A stretch of 64,000 nucleotides of DNA from a virus (IMGVR_UViG_3300031867_003838:44671-108670), one strand, 5' to 3'. Shown: positions 39,840 to 49,641, counted from the stretch's first letter. Numbers and translations: made by a program. The notes: generated by a model not told the origin, from the letters alone.

Positions 39840-40166
39840 ATGTATGCAATTATAAAAGGCAGTGAAGTCATCAGCCTGTGTGACGAGCCGCGATTCGTGC
39901 GCGACAAGGACGGAATCTGGGTTGAATCAGATCGGGAACACGCGGATAAAGTCGCAGTAGGTAATGAGAATTACGGACTGGACGAAATTTATATAAGAGA
40001 AGTTGACGGCGCTGAGTACGTGTTCGGCGAAAGTGTCAAACTCGCCAGCGCACAGACGGATATTGTAGATACACAGGAAGCACTTTGTGAAGCGTCAGGC
40101 GATTTTGAACAGAGGATTGCCGACCTTGAAGACGCACTTTGTGACTTAAGTATAATGGAGGAATGA
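39840..40166 (+). CDS. Hypothetical protein
   Basis: RBS GGAGGCGTAAAT ATG; 108 aa, acidic. Confidence 0.45.
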   Translation: MYAIIKGSEVISLCDEPRFVRDKDGIWVESDREHADKVAVGNENYGLDEIYIREVDGAEYVFGESVKLASAQTDIVDTQEALCEASGDFEQRIADLEDALCDLSIMEE

Positions 40167-40170
40167 TATT

Positions 40171-40371
40171 ATGGCTAAGATTTGGAGAAATCGTATTGAA
40201 GCAGGAACTAAGAAACTGAGTAATTGCCCCGCCAAGTACAGGGCAGATGTCATCGCGCTGATTCAGGAAGACATCGCGAATGGCGCGTTTACGACTGATC
40301 AGCTTAGACAGCTTGTCGAAATGGACATGATGACGGAAGCGGAATATGAGGAAATCGCCGGAGTGGAATAA
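40171..40371 (+). CDS. Hypothetical small protein
   Basis: RBS GGAGGAATGATATT ATG; 66 aa. Confidence 0.45.
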   Translation: MAKIWRNRIEAGTKKLSNCPAKYRADVIALIQEDIANGAFTTDQLRQLVEMDMMTEAEYEEIAGVE

Positions 40372-40382
40372 TAAAAATAACG

Positions 40383-40410
40383 AGCGGGAATCTTGTTATT
40401 CCCGCTCTAT
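40383..40410. terminator. Bidirectional terminator hairpin (gagcgggaat-cttgtt-attcccgctc)
   Basis: 10-bp perfect stem between convergent genes. T-run on the plus side. Confidence 0.5.
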
Positions 40411-40578
40411 CTCTTTCAATGATTCGTATGCCAGATGCAAAATCAGTTCGTCTCTGACGATGTATGACTCGCGCCACGGATAATTTTTGAACGCTATTGA
40501 TGAGTTCATGTCATTAATCTGGTCTTCTGCCACAGATACAATCCATTTGAGTAACAATTCCGTTTCAGTGATTCCCAT
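40396..40578 (-). CDS. Antisense small protein (60 aa) with its own promoter
   Basis: RBS AAGGAGATTACCAAA ATG on the minus strand, preceded by a consensus-like sigma70 promoter. Confidence 0.45.
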   Translation of the reverse strand: MGITETELLLKWIVSVAEDQINDMNSSIAFKNYPWRESYIVRDELILHLAYESLKEIERE

Positions 40579-40614
40579 TTTGGTAATCTCCTTATTTATA
40601 TTTTAGTACGGTAT

Positions 40615-40643
40615 ATGATACCGCAATGATATTTATTTGTCAA
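40615..40643 (-). promoter_or_regulatory. Sigma70-like promoter (TTGACA-17-TATCAT) for the antisense small gene
   Basis: Minus-strand -35 at 40638-40643 and -10 at 40615-40620, with a 17-nt spacer. Confidence 0.5.
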
Positions 40644-40681
40644 TTATTCGAAATAAATTTGTTTTACAGGGAGGGATGCGT

Positions 40682-41074
40682 ATGGATAAAAGAACACTGG
40701 AAGTCAATCACGAGAAGCGGATGAAACAGATTGAACTGGAAAATCTGAGAGAAGAATACAGACAGCAAGAGGAAGATGCGAAGCAGAAGAAGCACAAGAA
40801 GATCCCATACTCAAAGATCGTCATGGGACTGTTGTTTGTACTGGCCATTCAGATCGTGGCGTTTTCTGAAATCATGATGTATAGGACTGGGAACCTGTCA
40901 GCGCTGTATGCATTGATCGGTATTAGTGCGTCGCTTACGGCAGGCTACTTCGGCTATCTGTCTCATAGCAAAGCCGAGAACACAAAGGGCGGCATTGTAT
41001 ACGATTCTGCGATGGCAGAAATGGGAATGCAGGAAGAAAGTGAATACAGCGGCGAGGATGACGCTGTTGGGTAA
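40682..41074 (+). CDS. Holin-like membrane protein (two predicted transmembrane helices after an N-terminal coiled coil)
   Basis: RBS GGGAGGGATGCGT ATG (the track start at 40637 has no SD). Transmembrane segments IVMGLLFVLAIQIVAF and LYALIGISASLTAGYFGYL. Confidence 0.45.
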   Translation: MDKRTLEVNHEKRMKQIELENLREEYRQQEEDAKQKKHKKIPYSKIVMGLLFVLAIQIVAFSEIMMYRTGNLSALYALIGISASLTAGYFGYLSHSKAENTKGGIVYDSAMAEMGMQEESEYSGEDDAVG

Positions 41075-41086
41075 GAGGTGATTAAC

Positions 41087-42079
41087 ATGGGTAGTTATAA
41101 ACTGACTGATACAAAATACCGCAGGATTGCGAACCTGGCCGTGCAGGAAAACGGTGAACGGGCGGTCAGGGATTATGTGTCTCTGATGCTGAATCTGTTT
41201 GAGCTGTACGGTTCAAAGTATGAGGACTTGTATGATTACTGCCTGAACAGCGGATGGTTCTACAAACCTTCTAAGTACATGTTCGAGGATCAGGCAAGTA
41301 AATCGGCAATCGCTGCGACGAAAGAACTAATTGAAGACGAAACTAAACGGACACTTCCGAGGTATATAGATGAACATGATGCGATTTCAGACGTCAAGTC
41401 TTGTGATAATAATGGTAATTACTTTGATCCATACGATAGGTCTATGTACAAAAGTGGTATTACAAAAATTAAAAACAAGATGGGATCAACATACACATTC
41501 GTAAAGTTCTTTGTCCCAGAAAACATAGGCGATCCGATGGGGTATACAAAATATGCGTATGACAAGTTTGGCGCATCTGGGGGAGTAATAAGCACGCCCG
41601 TAACACCGATGACAATCACAACACTTAAGAAAGGTGACGAGAATGCAAAGGTGGCAATGGTGCAGACGATGTTACACGCGCTTGGATATTTAACGGGCGG
41701 CATTGATGGTATTTTCGGAAGTGCAACGGAGCAGGCGATTAAGGTATTTCAGGCTACGATTGGTATGGAAGCGAGCGGACATTTTGGGGTGAACACGCGG
41801 AAGAAATTGATTGAAGCATATAAGAAAGTTCTTGGGCTTGGTATTGCAGAAAAGCGTGACGCATCACTTAGTGGTGACTATACGGTGACAGCTTCATCTC
41901 TCAATCTGAGGGATAGAGCTGGCACATCTGGCACAAACGTGGTGACAAAAATTCCACGCGGATCGACAGTTACGTCAAAGGGATATTACACAACCATCGA
42001 CGGAACTCGCTGGCTTTATGTTTTATACGACAAATCAAAATGCGGTTTTATTAGCATGGATTACATAGAAAAGAAATAG
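41087..42079 (+). CDS. Putative cell-wall hydrolase: unknown N-terminal domain + peptidoglycan-binding (PG_binding_1-like) + SH3-like C-terminus
   Basis: RBS AAGAGGTGATTAAC ATG. VAMVQTMLHALGYLTGGIDGIFGSATEQAIKVFQ matches the PG-binding motif. SH3b-like C-terminus. Confidence 0.45.
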   Translation: MGSYKLTDTKYRRIANLAVQENGERAVRDYVSLMLNLFELYGSKYEDLYDYCLNSGWFYKPSKYMFEDQASKSAIAATKELIEDETKRTLPRYIDEHDAISDVKSCDNNGNYFDPYDRSMYKSGITKIKNKMGSTYTFVKFFVPENIGDPMGYTKYAYDKFGASGGVISTPVTPMTITTLKKGDENAKVAMVQTMLHALGYLTGGIDGIFGSATEQAIKVFQATIGMEASGHFGVNTRKKLIEAYKKVLGLGIAEKRDASLSGDYTVTASSLNLRDRAGTSGTNVVTKIPRGSTVTSKGYYTTIDGTRWLYVLYDKSKCGFISMDYIEKK

Positions 42080-42091
42080 GAGGGCAACCAT

Positions 42092-42613
42092 ATGGATGTA
42101 GTTACGACAGGCGATGTTGTTAACACTCTGAATGCCGTGCCAATCGGTTCCGTCATTGCATGGGTTATGGTAATCAGCGGAATTATTGGAGCGATCATTT
42201 ACGCCATACGGAAAACATACAAAGGCTATGAGATCATGCATGATCTGCATGAACAAGAGGAAGAATTCCGTGACATGGTTAAGGAGCACGATGAAAAGAT
42301 TAAAGAAATCGAAGAAAAGCACGAGAGTGAATTTGATGCCATTGATAAGAAAATTGACTCGATCTTAGACTGGATCAGTGAGAAAGATGATGCAGATCTG
42401 CGCAAGCTGAGGCATAGCCTCGTCAGGGCTGGCGAAGAAGCACTACGGTCTGAACGGATCACCGTCAGGGAACTCAAGTCGATGTCTGAGTTATACGACT
42501 TATACCACGTAAAGATGAAACAAAATAGTTATGTGACCACACTTATGTCGCGTGTGAACGAGCTTCCCGTCATTGGCAAATTAGACGAACACGGGAATGA
42601 CGTTGAGGAGTAA
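42092..42613 (+). CDS. Membrane-anchored coiled-coil protein (holin/spanin-like)
   Basis: RBS AGGAGGGCAACCAT ATG. N-terminal transmembrane segment IGSVIAWVMVISGIIGAIIYAI followed by a charged helical region. Confidence 0.45.
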   Translation: MDVVTTGDVVNTLNAVPIGSVIAWVMVISGIIGAIIYAIRKTYKGYEIMHDLHEQEEEFRDMVKEHDEKIKEIEEKHESEFDAIDKKIDSILDWISEKDDADLRKLRHSLVRAGEEALRSERITVRELKSMSELYDLYHVKMKQNSYVTTLMSRVNELPVIGKLDEHGNDVEE

Positions 42614-42671
42614 GATCCTATGCGCTATTGTGTGGATCTGCATCACGATTGGATTGACAGGAGGAAATGTT

Positions 42672-44174
42672 ATGGCGGCATCGGTAGATAAACTTCTCTC
42701 GGTCGCATATGAAGAAGTAGGATATTTAGAAAAGAGATCGAACTCGCAGCTTGATAGTAAGACGGCAAATGCGGGTGAGAATAATTACACAAAATACTGG
42801 CGAGATATGGATCCGTCTCTGCAAGGACAGGCATGGTGCTGCTGTTTTACTTGTTGGTGTTTTAAGAAAGCCTATGGTGAAGCAACTGCAAATAAGCTGA
42901 TGTGCGGAGGGCTCTATGAGTTTTACACACCAGAGTCGGCGCAGTATTTCAAGAATAAAGGCCAGTGGTATACCTCATCCCCTAAGAAAGGGGATGTTAT
43001 TTATTTCAAGAACAGTGAACGGATTCATCATGTCGGCATTGTCGTTGAGGTTACATCTGCAACCGTCTATACCATTGAGGGGAATACATCTGCCGGCGAG
43101 CAGGTCATCCCAAATGGTGGCGCGGTCTGCAAGAAATCGTATGCCATCAACAATCCGAGGATTGCAGGTTACGGCAGACCGAAGTACGACAACGTGTCTT
43201 CTTCCGGATCAACGTCGTCTACACCGGCAGAACCAGAGTCGACGCTCAATGAGGTGGCGAAATACCACGGCTATGTTACAGCCTCGTCTCTCAATGTTCG
43301 CACTGGCCCAGGCGCTGACTTTGATAAGGTCAGCTTCTCTCCTCTCCCAAATGGTACGAAGGTCGGCGTGTGTGACGAATTAGAATCTATGGAAGGTGAC
43401 AAATGGTATTATATTTCGTATAACGGAAAGCATGGCTTCGTGTCAGCAGCTTATATCAGCAAGTCATCTTCGGATCAAACGGAATCGAAAAAGAAGATAA
43501 CTGCCGAGGATATTTCGGTAGCAGCACTACTCAAGTCCGCAAAGACGGTCATGGATAAGGCCCAGAAAGAAGGATGGCAGCACGGAACAACGAAGTCGAA
43601 GGTTCCGTGTAAGGATGGTGTCATATCTGGTGTCAGTCTTGTTACCAGAGCGCTGTACGATCTTGGGTTTACTGACCAGATTAGCGGCGGTGAAACGTAT
43701 AAGACACTCGACAAGTATCTGCAATCACACGGCTTTAAGCGTTCGACAAAACTTTCCGCAATTAGAAAAGGATCTATTGTCCTTGTCAAACATGAAGGAA
43801 AGAATTCTGTATCGCACGCCTTCATCGCGCTGTCGTTCGTACAGTCAACTCTGCTGACGTCACGCTATGACGCTGGTACTCAGCAGAGGATCGAAACGGA
43901 TCAGCCATTGAAGAACGTCAAGTGGACTTACAAGAAGGATGATGTGATTGTCTACAATCTTCCCTCTTCTGCTTCTGCATGGACGCCGTGTCAGGCTGAT
44001 TATAAGGCCGGGCTTCTCAGGATATTTGAGACGCCATCATCAACTGCCAGGGTTCTTCGCAGAATTCCGTACGGCGGAAAGATGGAGACAGACGGTAAGA
44101 CATCGGGCATCTTCATCCATGTCAGAAACGGAAACGTCGAGGGATGGGCGAAAGAACGCTACGTGAAACGCTAG
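42672..44174 (+). CDS. Endolysin: CHAP/NlpC-P60-type amidase-peptidase + SH3b domains
   Basis: RBS GGAGGAAATGTT ATG. Cys/His catalytic arrangement (QAWCCCFTCWCF ... IHHVGIVVEV). SH3b-like segments YHGYVTASSLNVRTGPG... and LLRIFETPSSTARVLRRI. The track's upstream start (42597) would add a hydrophobic signal-anchor-like N-terminus. Confidence 0.6.
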   Translation: MAASVDKLLSVAYEEVGYLEKRSNSQLDSKTANAGENNYTKYWRDMDPSLQGQAWCCCFTCWCFKKAYGEATANKLMCGGLYEFYTPESAQYFKNKGQWYTSSPKKGDVIYFKNSERIHHVGIVVEVTSATVYTIEGNTSAGEQVIPNGGAVCKKSYAINNPRIAGYGRPKYDNVSSSGSTSSTPAEPESTLNEVAKYHGYVTASSLNVRTGPGADFDKVSFSPLPNGTKVGVCDELESMEGDKWYYISYNGKHGFVSAAYISKSSSDQTESKKKITAEDISVAALLKSAKTVMDKAQKEGWQHGTTKSKVPCKDGVISGVSLVTRALYDLGFTDQISGGETYKTLDKYLQSHGFKRSTKLSAIRKGSIVLVKHEGKNSVSHAFIALSFVQSTLLTSRYDAGTQQRIETDQPLKNVKWTYKKDDVIVYNLPSSASAWTPCQADYKAGLLRIFETPSSTARVLRRIPYGGKMETDGKTSGIFIHVRNGNVEGWAKERYVKR

Positions 44175-44245
44175 GGTCCTCTGTGAGCGGGTTTCTGCTC
44201 TCGAAGGTATCCATATACACCTGAATACTGAAAAGCCCGTACAGG

Positions 44246-44281
44246 GCATCTGGAGTCACTCAGTCGGGTGGCTCCTTTTTT
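44246..44281 (+). terminator. Rho-independent terminator (ggagtcac-tcagtcgg-gtggctcc + tttttt)
   Basis: Hairpin plus a T6 run after the endolysin. Confidence 0.55.
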
Positions 44282-44296
44282 GTTACGGAGGAATAT

Positions 44297-45478
44297 ATGA
44301 CTGATTTGAATGAACTTCTGAAGTATGGTATACTATCAGAAGAGGAAATCCACAAACAATTAAAAATGAAGAAAACTGAATCAATGCTTAAGGAGCATCC
44401 TCATCCGATCACGCAGCTCTCGAACGGTCGATGGCAGACTTACTACGACGATCCTGTAACTGGCAAGAAGATTGAAGTTAAACTTGCTACCAGGGATAAG
44501 GTTATAGACCGGCTGTACGACTTGTATTACAAGAAGAGTTACACGTTTGAACAACTCTTCCCAGAATGGCTTGAGTACAAGAGAAGCATCACGGCAAGTC
44601 CTAACACGATCACGAGGCATCAGCAGCATTACAACAAGTATCTCTCTGGCAGATCGGTCGTTACGAAAGATATCCGTCACATCAAGAAGACGGAGCTCAA
44701 CTCATTCTGCAACTCACTGGTCAAGGATTTCGCCCTATCCTCCAAGGAGTGGATGAACGTCAAGACGGTGATTAACGGAGTGTTCGACTATGCTGTCGAC
44801 AAAGAGATTCTGGGATTCAATCCGATGTCTCATGTGAAGATCACGGTCAAGTACCGGCAGGTCAACCGCAAGCCGTCTTCGACACAGTGCTTCAACACGA
44901 ACGAACTGGCGGATTTTAAGTCGTACATGTACGGGAAATATGCGGAGACGAAGGATTCCAGTTTCGCATCTTCCATCGTGCAGATGCTGACTGGACTCAG
45001 GATCGGGGAGCTTGCCGTGATTAAGTGGGCAGATGTGGACTACGAAGCGCATCAGCTTCATGTGGTAAGAGAAGAAACAAAGGTATTTGATACTGGCGAA
45101 TTCGAAGTCGTACCGCACACGAAGGGCAATCGTGACCGCTTCGTCGTACTTGTTCCGGAGGTAGAATCTCTGCTGAAAGAAGTGTACGCAAATGAAAAAC
45201 GTCACGGGGAATATGTCTTCACCCGTGACGGTGAGCGCCTTACCGCTAGGCAGCTCGCATATGTGTATAAAAAATATGCACGTAATACAAAGTCCGACTT
45301 CAAGAGTTCACACAAGGCTAGGAAGACCTACGCCAGTATGCTCCAGAAAGCCGGTGTTCCCATCGAAGTGATCCGTGAAATGCTCGGTCACAAGGATCTG
45401 GCGACTACTTTCGCGTATCTGTTCAGCACAGAAACGCCGGAAGAAACCTACGACAGCGTCGTGACGGCCATGTCTTAA
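44297..45478 (+). CDS. int: Tyrosine site-specific integrase
   Basis: C-terminal catalytic region HKARKTYASMLQKAGVPIEVIREMLGHKDLATTFAYL (R...HxxR...Y pattern). RBS GGAGGAATAT ATG. Confidence 0.75.
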   Translation: MTDLNELLKYGILSEEEIHKQLKMKKTESMLKEHPHPITQLSNGRWQTYYDDPVTGKKIEVKLATRDKVIDRLYDLYYKKSYTFEQLFPEWLEYKRSITASPNTITRHQQHYNKYLSGRSVVTKDIRHIKKTELNSFCNSLVKDFALSSKEWMNVKTVINGVFDYAVDKEILGFNPMSHVKITVKYRQVNRKPSSTQCFNTNELADFKSYMYGKYAETKDSSFASSIVQMLTGLRIGELAVIKWADVDYEAHQLHVVREETKVFDTGEFEVVPHTKGNRDRFVVLVPEVESLLKEVYANEKRHGEYVFTRDGERLTARQLAYVYKKYARNTKSDFKSSHKARKTYASMLQKAGVPIEVIREMLGHKDLATTFAYLFSTETPEETYDSVVTAMS

Positions 45479-45654
45479 ACTGTCTTTTGCCAGGAATGGC
45501 AACAAACCCTTGTTTTCTCGCATAAAAATAATGCGGAAGACGGGACTTGAACTTTTACACAACGTTGAAACCCTTGTATTATAAGGGATTTAGACGACGA
45601 ATTTCAAGTGTCTTTAAAGTGTCTTTGAAGAAAGGAGAAGTGGATTTCCTCCAT

Positions 45655-45690
45655 TCAAATCAAACAGGGCGAAAGGATTCATTCCTCTCG
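45655..45690 (+). terminator. Hairpin (gggcgaaagg...cctctcgccc + ttttt)
   Basis: Between the integrase and the convergent minus-strand gene. Confidence 0.4.
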
Positions 45691-45984
45691 CCCTTTTTCG
45701 TGTATTCGTCTGTAATTATCCCATTCATTCATGGCATCGAAGCTACCGCCATCCTTCAAGAATTGTTCAAACAGCGGGTTAAGGGTGTACATCGCAAGTG
45801 CACCATCATATGGGTCGACACTCAGATAATCGTTTCTGCATTCCTTAATTCCTTCTTCGTCAAAGGTCATCCCCATCTTAGTACCGTCTTTGCATTTAGC
45901 TTTTACTTTGAGTTTCACTGCATCCTTCGGCACCCATATAACGGTCGCCATCTGAGATCCTTCATATTTTATACGGTTCCCCAT
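45679..45984 (-). CDS. Hypothetical protein
   Basis: RBS GGGAGACGG ATG on the minus strand; 101 aa. Confidence 0.45.
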   Translation of the reverse strand: MGNRIKYEGSQMATVIWVPKDAVKLKVKAKCKDGTKMGMTFDEEGIKECRNDYLSVDPYDGALAMYTLNPLFEQFLKDGGSFDAMNEWDNYRRIHEKGREE

Positions 45985-46228
45985 CCGTCTCCCCCATCGT
46001 TACTCAATGCAATATATATGATTATCAATGCTATTAGAATAGAACAGATTATATATGATTGTACCATATTATTATCCTCAAACGGCCGTGCGGAGCCTCT
46101 CACTCCTGCAGCACCTCTGCGTGGATGTCAGTATCTTTTTAACGTGGTACGATCCCACTTGTTCCACCGTACGGAGGCAGATTATTGTCTTCACCGCGTT
46201 TATCTTTCGCCAACGACCACGGTTGTTA

Positions 46229-46492
46229 TTATTTTTCCTTTTCAAATCCAAGGTTAATTAGTGTCTTGAAAAATTCACTGTCGAGTTTATCAGCGCAGTT
46301 CATACACAAACATTTTCTCAATATCATGCTATAATTTCTACGGGTTTTTACTCTTTGTATATATTCACCATACTTAAAATATTCTCCATCATATGTTTCG
46401 CCAGATTCTCCTAAGTATTTACCACATTCGTCGCAGTAAAATTCGCGCATATTTTTGATCGTTAACCTTCCAACCCAACGTATTTTTTCCAT
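46229..46492 (-). CDS. Zn-ribbon small protein
   Basis: CDECGKY...CLCMNCADK cysteine pairs. Confidence 0.4.
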   Translation of the reverse strand: MEKIRWVGRLTIKNMREFYCDECGKYLGESGETYDGEYFKYGEYIQRVKTRRNYSMILRKCLCMNCADKLDSEFFKTLINLGFEKEK

Positions 46493-46496
46493 ATGG

Positions 46497-47486
46497 TTAT
46501 CCTACTGGCTGAGCCTCGACCACATCATCACCCAAGTTACCGATGTCGACAATCGTTGCTCCTGACCCAGATACCGCCGGCAGCTTGCCATCCCACTGAG
46601 AAATCTTATTATTCTCAATGAGCTCAGGAGTCAAAGATTCCGCGATCATTCTGTTAGCTTCAGCTTCTGCTTCTGCCTTAATCTTGGTGGCGTTCGCATG
46701 GCCCTCTGCTTTAATCTTAGCCTGTTCAGCATTAATGATAGCCGTCTCTTTATCCTGTTCTGCTTTAATCAGTGCAACTTCTTTATCTTTATTAGCCTGG
46801 ACATTCGCTGTCTTCTGCTCGATTCTCGCAAGTTCAAGCTCCTGCTGCGCGGTAACTTTGCGCTGCACCGCCTCTCTTGTATCTTGGTCGGCGTCAATAT
46901 TGATTAATGATACATTGTCTACGATGATACCATATGGTTCAAATTTGCTTCTGATGTAATCAGATACTTCTGTGTTTAACTTCGCACGCTCTTCGCCGAG
47001 GATTTCAGTCACCGGATATTTTGCCGTGATTTCTTTCGTCCATGAGATAATGTTAGGTTTGATGAACGTATCTCTCACTTCTGTACCAGAACGTCCTTTA
47101 AACCGTGTGAACAGATCCGTCACTTTGTCGACATCGTATCTATAAGTAAATGTGAGATCCACGGTCAGCCCTTTGCCATCAGATGTAGGAACTTCGAAAC
47201 TGTCGTCATTTTTTGAATCACCATCTTCGCCAGATGTAAGATACGATTGCTCAATCCCGATGCTGTATAAGATCACATCTTTCGTAGGTGGTACAACATG
47301 CCATCCTTGTGTCAGTACTTCGTCTGATACGCCGCCATTCATCGAATAGATGATGCCGACCTGTCCTGCCGGGACCTTCTTCATGCACATCAGTAATATC
47401 ACTATTACAATGAAAATCAAAGCACCAACCACTATTGCACCTATCTTACCATTCTTTTTCATCCGTTTCGTCCTCTTCCTTCTCAT
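46497..47486 (-). CDS. SPFH/band-7 (prohibitin/flotillin-like) membrane protein
   Basis: N-terminal transmembrane helix, SPFH core, and an Ala/Glu/Lys-rich C-terminal coiled coil (QAKIKAEGHANATKIKAEAEAEANRMIAE). Confidence 0.6.
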   Translation of the reverse strand: MRRKRTKRMKKNGKIGAIVVGALIFIVIVILLMCMKKVPAGQVGIIYSMNGGVSDEVLTQGWHVVPPTKDVILYSIGIEQSYLTSGEDGDSKNDDSFEVPTSDGKGLTVDLTFTYRYDVDKVTDLFTRFKGRSGTEVRDTFIKPNIISWTKEITAKYPVTEILGEERAKLNTEVSDYIRSKFEPYGIIVDNVSLINIDADQDTREAVQRKVTAQQELELARIEQKTANVQANKDKEVALIKAEQDKETAIINAEQAKIKAEGHANATKIKAEAEAEANRMIAESLTPELIENNKISQWDGKLPAVSGSGATIVDIGNLGDDVVEAQPVG

Positions 47487-47627
47487 TAATCAATTCTTTT
47501 GTATCTCCTAGTATTTTATCTATCAACATTCCTATCCAAGGGAATGTAATTGCGAAGATAAACCACAGTAAAATTCCCGCGCAAATTATTAAAAATATAA
47601 GTATTGGATTCATATTTGACTACCGTT

Positions 47628-48125
47628 TTAAAAACAAAGCCCAAGTCTCTCTTTTATATTGTCGCGACTTGTCTTTTCTGATACCTTTTTAGTTTGTTTC
47701 TTCGGCTGCGTCTTTGTCTTTTTATCCTTTGCCTTCGGATGATAAATCCACTTGTCGAGGTCGGAGTAGAATTTAATGTTGTTGTTGTAGTATTTCTTGA
47801 GTACACAAAGCAGGAACCCAACTCTCTCATCGAATCTATCCTCCTTATCACATTTGACAACCGTCTTATCTCCATCAGACCATTTAACAATTGTAGCCGG
47901 AGCGTTGAAAATTACATCCACTATTTCGAGATCATCGTTATCAGAATATAAATGATCTAAGAAAGTCTTTGCGGCCGCCTCCGGATCATTATTCCCATAA
48001 CAAGCATCTATGAAAAGCTCTGCCGCTGACGGGTTATAGGTTTTTAAGATAATTGGTGGTTGTGGCCATCCACCATGTGAACTCCATGTTTTATCTAACA
48101 TCTTGTAAAGATCACTCCTCATCAT
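47628..48125 (-). CDS. Hypothetical protein with Lys-rich C-terminal tail
   Basis: 165 aa ORF in the leftward operon. Confidence 0.4.
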   Translation of the reverse strand: MMRSDLYKMLDKTWSSHGGWPQPPIILKTYNPSAAELFIDACYGNNDPEAAAKTFLDHLYSDNDDLEIVDVIFNAPATIVKWSDGDKTVVKCDKEDRFDERVGFLLCVLKKYYNNNIKFYSDLDKWIYHPKAKDKKTKTQPKKQTKKVSEKTSRDNIKERLGLCF

Positions 48126-48128
48126 ATA

Positions 48129-48713
48129 TTACTCTCCTTCAGTAAAACACAGTTCCATAAAATGTGGAAACCCTTTAACCTGTTCGCAGAATCGTTTCCA
48201 CTCAGGTAGGCGATGATTCTCTCTCTGCATCACCATTGTTTTCAACTGCCTATAGTTTGTAGTCATTCGCGCCGTCAACCTAAAGCCAGCAGGATTGCTA
48301 TATAAAATCTCAAGATAAATCTCGTTCTTTAGTTCAGGATCCGACTCCAGATTATAAGCAAGGACTTTATCTTTCATGATGTCAATGATACGCGGATCTA
48401 CATATTCACTATATTGCTTGTCAAGATCGAATTTCGTTATTTTATGCTGTTGACTCTGGCTTGAAATAAATTCAAACCAGTGATATCTCTGAGCCTCAGT
48501 CCACGCTTTGACTGTAAATGTCAAGTCGAATTGAGCAATAATACCATTCAGAAAGTTATCATGTCCTGTACCTGGCTTCGCAGATCCGAGCTTCTTAACA
48601 GTGTCTGTGAGTTCACAGTTAAGCGAACTCACATCAACACTCATAGGATATTTACTGGCTTTGATTGAATCTGCAAGGCCGTAAATCTTTACGTTACTAA
48701 TTACATCAGTCAT
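48129..48713 (-). CDS. Hypothetical protein (weak resemblance to flavin-dependent thymidylate synthase; not supported)
   Basis: 194 aa. Lacks the RHR ThyX motif. Confidence 0.3.
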   Translation of the reverse strand: MTDVISNVKIYGLADSIKASKYPMSVDVSSLNCELTDTVKKLGSAKPGTGHDNFLNGIIAQFDLTFTVKAWTEAQRYHWFEFISSQSQQHKITKFDLDKQYSEYVDPRIIDIMKDKVLAYNLESDPELKNEIYLEILYSNPAGFRLTARMTTNYRQLKTMVMQRENHRLPEWKRFCEQVKGFPHFMELCFTEGE

Positions 48714-48915
48714 TGTTCAGCATATCCGTTTCTTGTTTTGTAGTGATCACCATGTTGATATCTTTATCCTTGAAGTTATTAAAGAGATCTGCCACAGTGA
48801 TAGTCTGCTCTGAGTCACCGTTAAGATATGTGACGGCTGTTCCCGCAGTGTTAACAGTTCCTTTAAGTCTTACTGTATCAGATGTTGCTCTTTTATATTT
48901 ATAATTTACTGCCAT
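48706..48915 (-). CDS. Hypothetical small protein
   Basis: 69 aa ORF overlapping its neighbours by a few nucleotides. Confidence 0.3.
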   Translation of the reverse strand: MAVNYKYKRATSDTVRLKGTVNTAGTAVTYLNGDSEQTITVADLFNNFKDKDINMVITTKQETDMLNND

Positions 48916-49210
48916 AAGTATCTCCTCTCGTCATTAAATACATAGTCGGTTCTTTGATTTCAAAGCCACATTTTTCATAAACATGGATCGCCTTCTTGTT
49001 GTCTGCATTAACCCATAGACAATCCAACCCATATTCGTTGCACAGATCTTCTACGATCTTTGTACCATATCCTTTATCCTGATACGGCTCATAGATATTC
49101 AATCTACTAAGCATTTTGCCGTTAATGTCGACCTCAACCTCCCCTATCTTTACTCCATCAACGAACAATTCTATCTCCTGGTACAACTCATTCTTTCTGT
49201 ACTCAATCAT
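48899..49210 (-). CDS. GNAT-family N-acetyltransferase
   Basis: Acetyl-CoA-binding-like motif YGTKIVEDL...LWVNADNKKAIHVYEKCGFE. Confidence 0.5.
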   Translation of the reverse strand: MIEYRKNELYQEIELFVDGVKIGEVEVDINGKMLSRLNIYEPYQDKGYGTKIVEDLCNEYGLDCLWVNADNKKAIHVYEKCGFEIKEPTMYLMTRGDTYGSKL

Positions 49211-49641
49211 TTGAATAACTCCCCTATTGCTCTTGGCTCATATTTTTGATGGCCTATTCTCATTAAGAACCCTTTCGATTTTGCGTCGAATTCTTGACTC
49301 TTATTTATCATGTTTTTGAGATAATATATCTCGTCTTTGATCTTTCTACGCTTCACCAGTCTCTCACGAAGCATCACATATGCGTTATATCCACGGTATG
49401 CATCCAATTTCGACATTTCAATATAATGGTTGATATCAGTTATTTCCAAATCGACTTTACTTAATTCTTCATAAGAAGAAGCAAGTTTTGATTTCATATC
49501 CCCATAAATTGAATTGATACGATCTGAAAATTCTGCGACGGAACTACAGTAATTATCGGTCTCAATTATCTCTCTTGTATTTGTAATCCCTTTGTACCTT
49601 TTATTCCTATTCATCTTTGATCGCTGTCGTTTTTCACCCAT
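49207..49641 (-). CDS. Hypothetical protein
   Basis: 144 aa ORF. Confidence 0.4.
   Translation of the reverse strand: MGEKRQRSKMNRNKRYKGITNTREIIETDNYCSSVAEFSDRINSIYGDMKSKLASSYEELSKVDLEITDINHYIEMSKLDAYRGYNAYVMLRERLVKRRKIKDEIYYLKNMINKSQEFDAKSKGFLMRIGHQKYEPRAIGELFK

Noticed and set aside
45547-46257. 236-aa plus-strand ORF after the integrase
   Set aside because: It has no RBS, a low-complexity translation, and overlaps the well-formed minus-strand gene 45679-45984 and the intergenic hairpins.
48129-48713. ThyX (flavin-dependent thymidylate synthase) call
   Set aside because: The diagnostic RHR...S...S.R motif is absent. Only a vague resemblance (QRYHWFEFISSQS).
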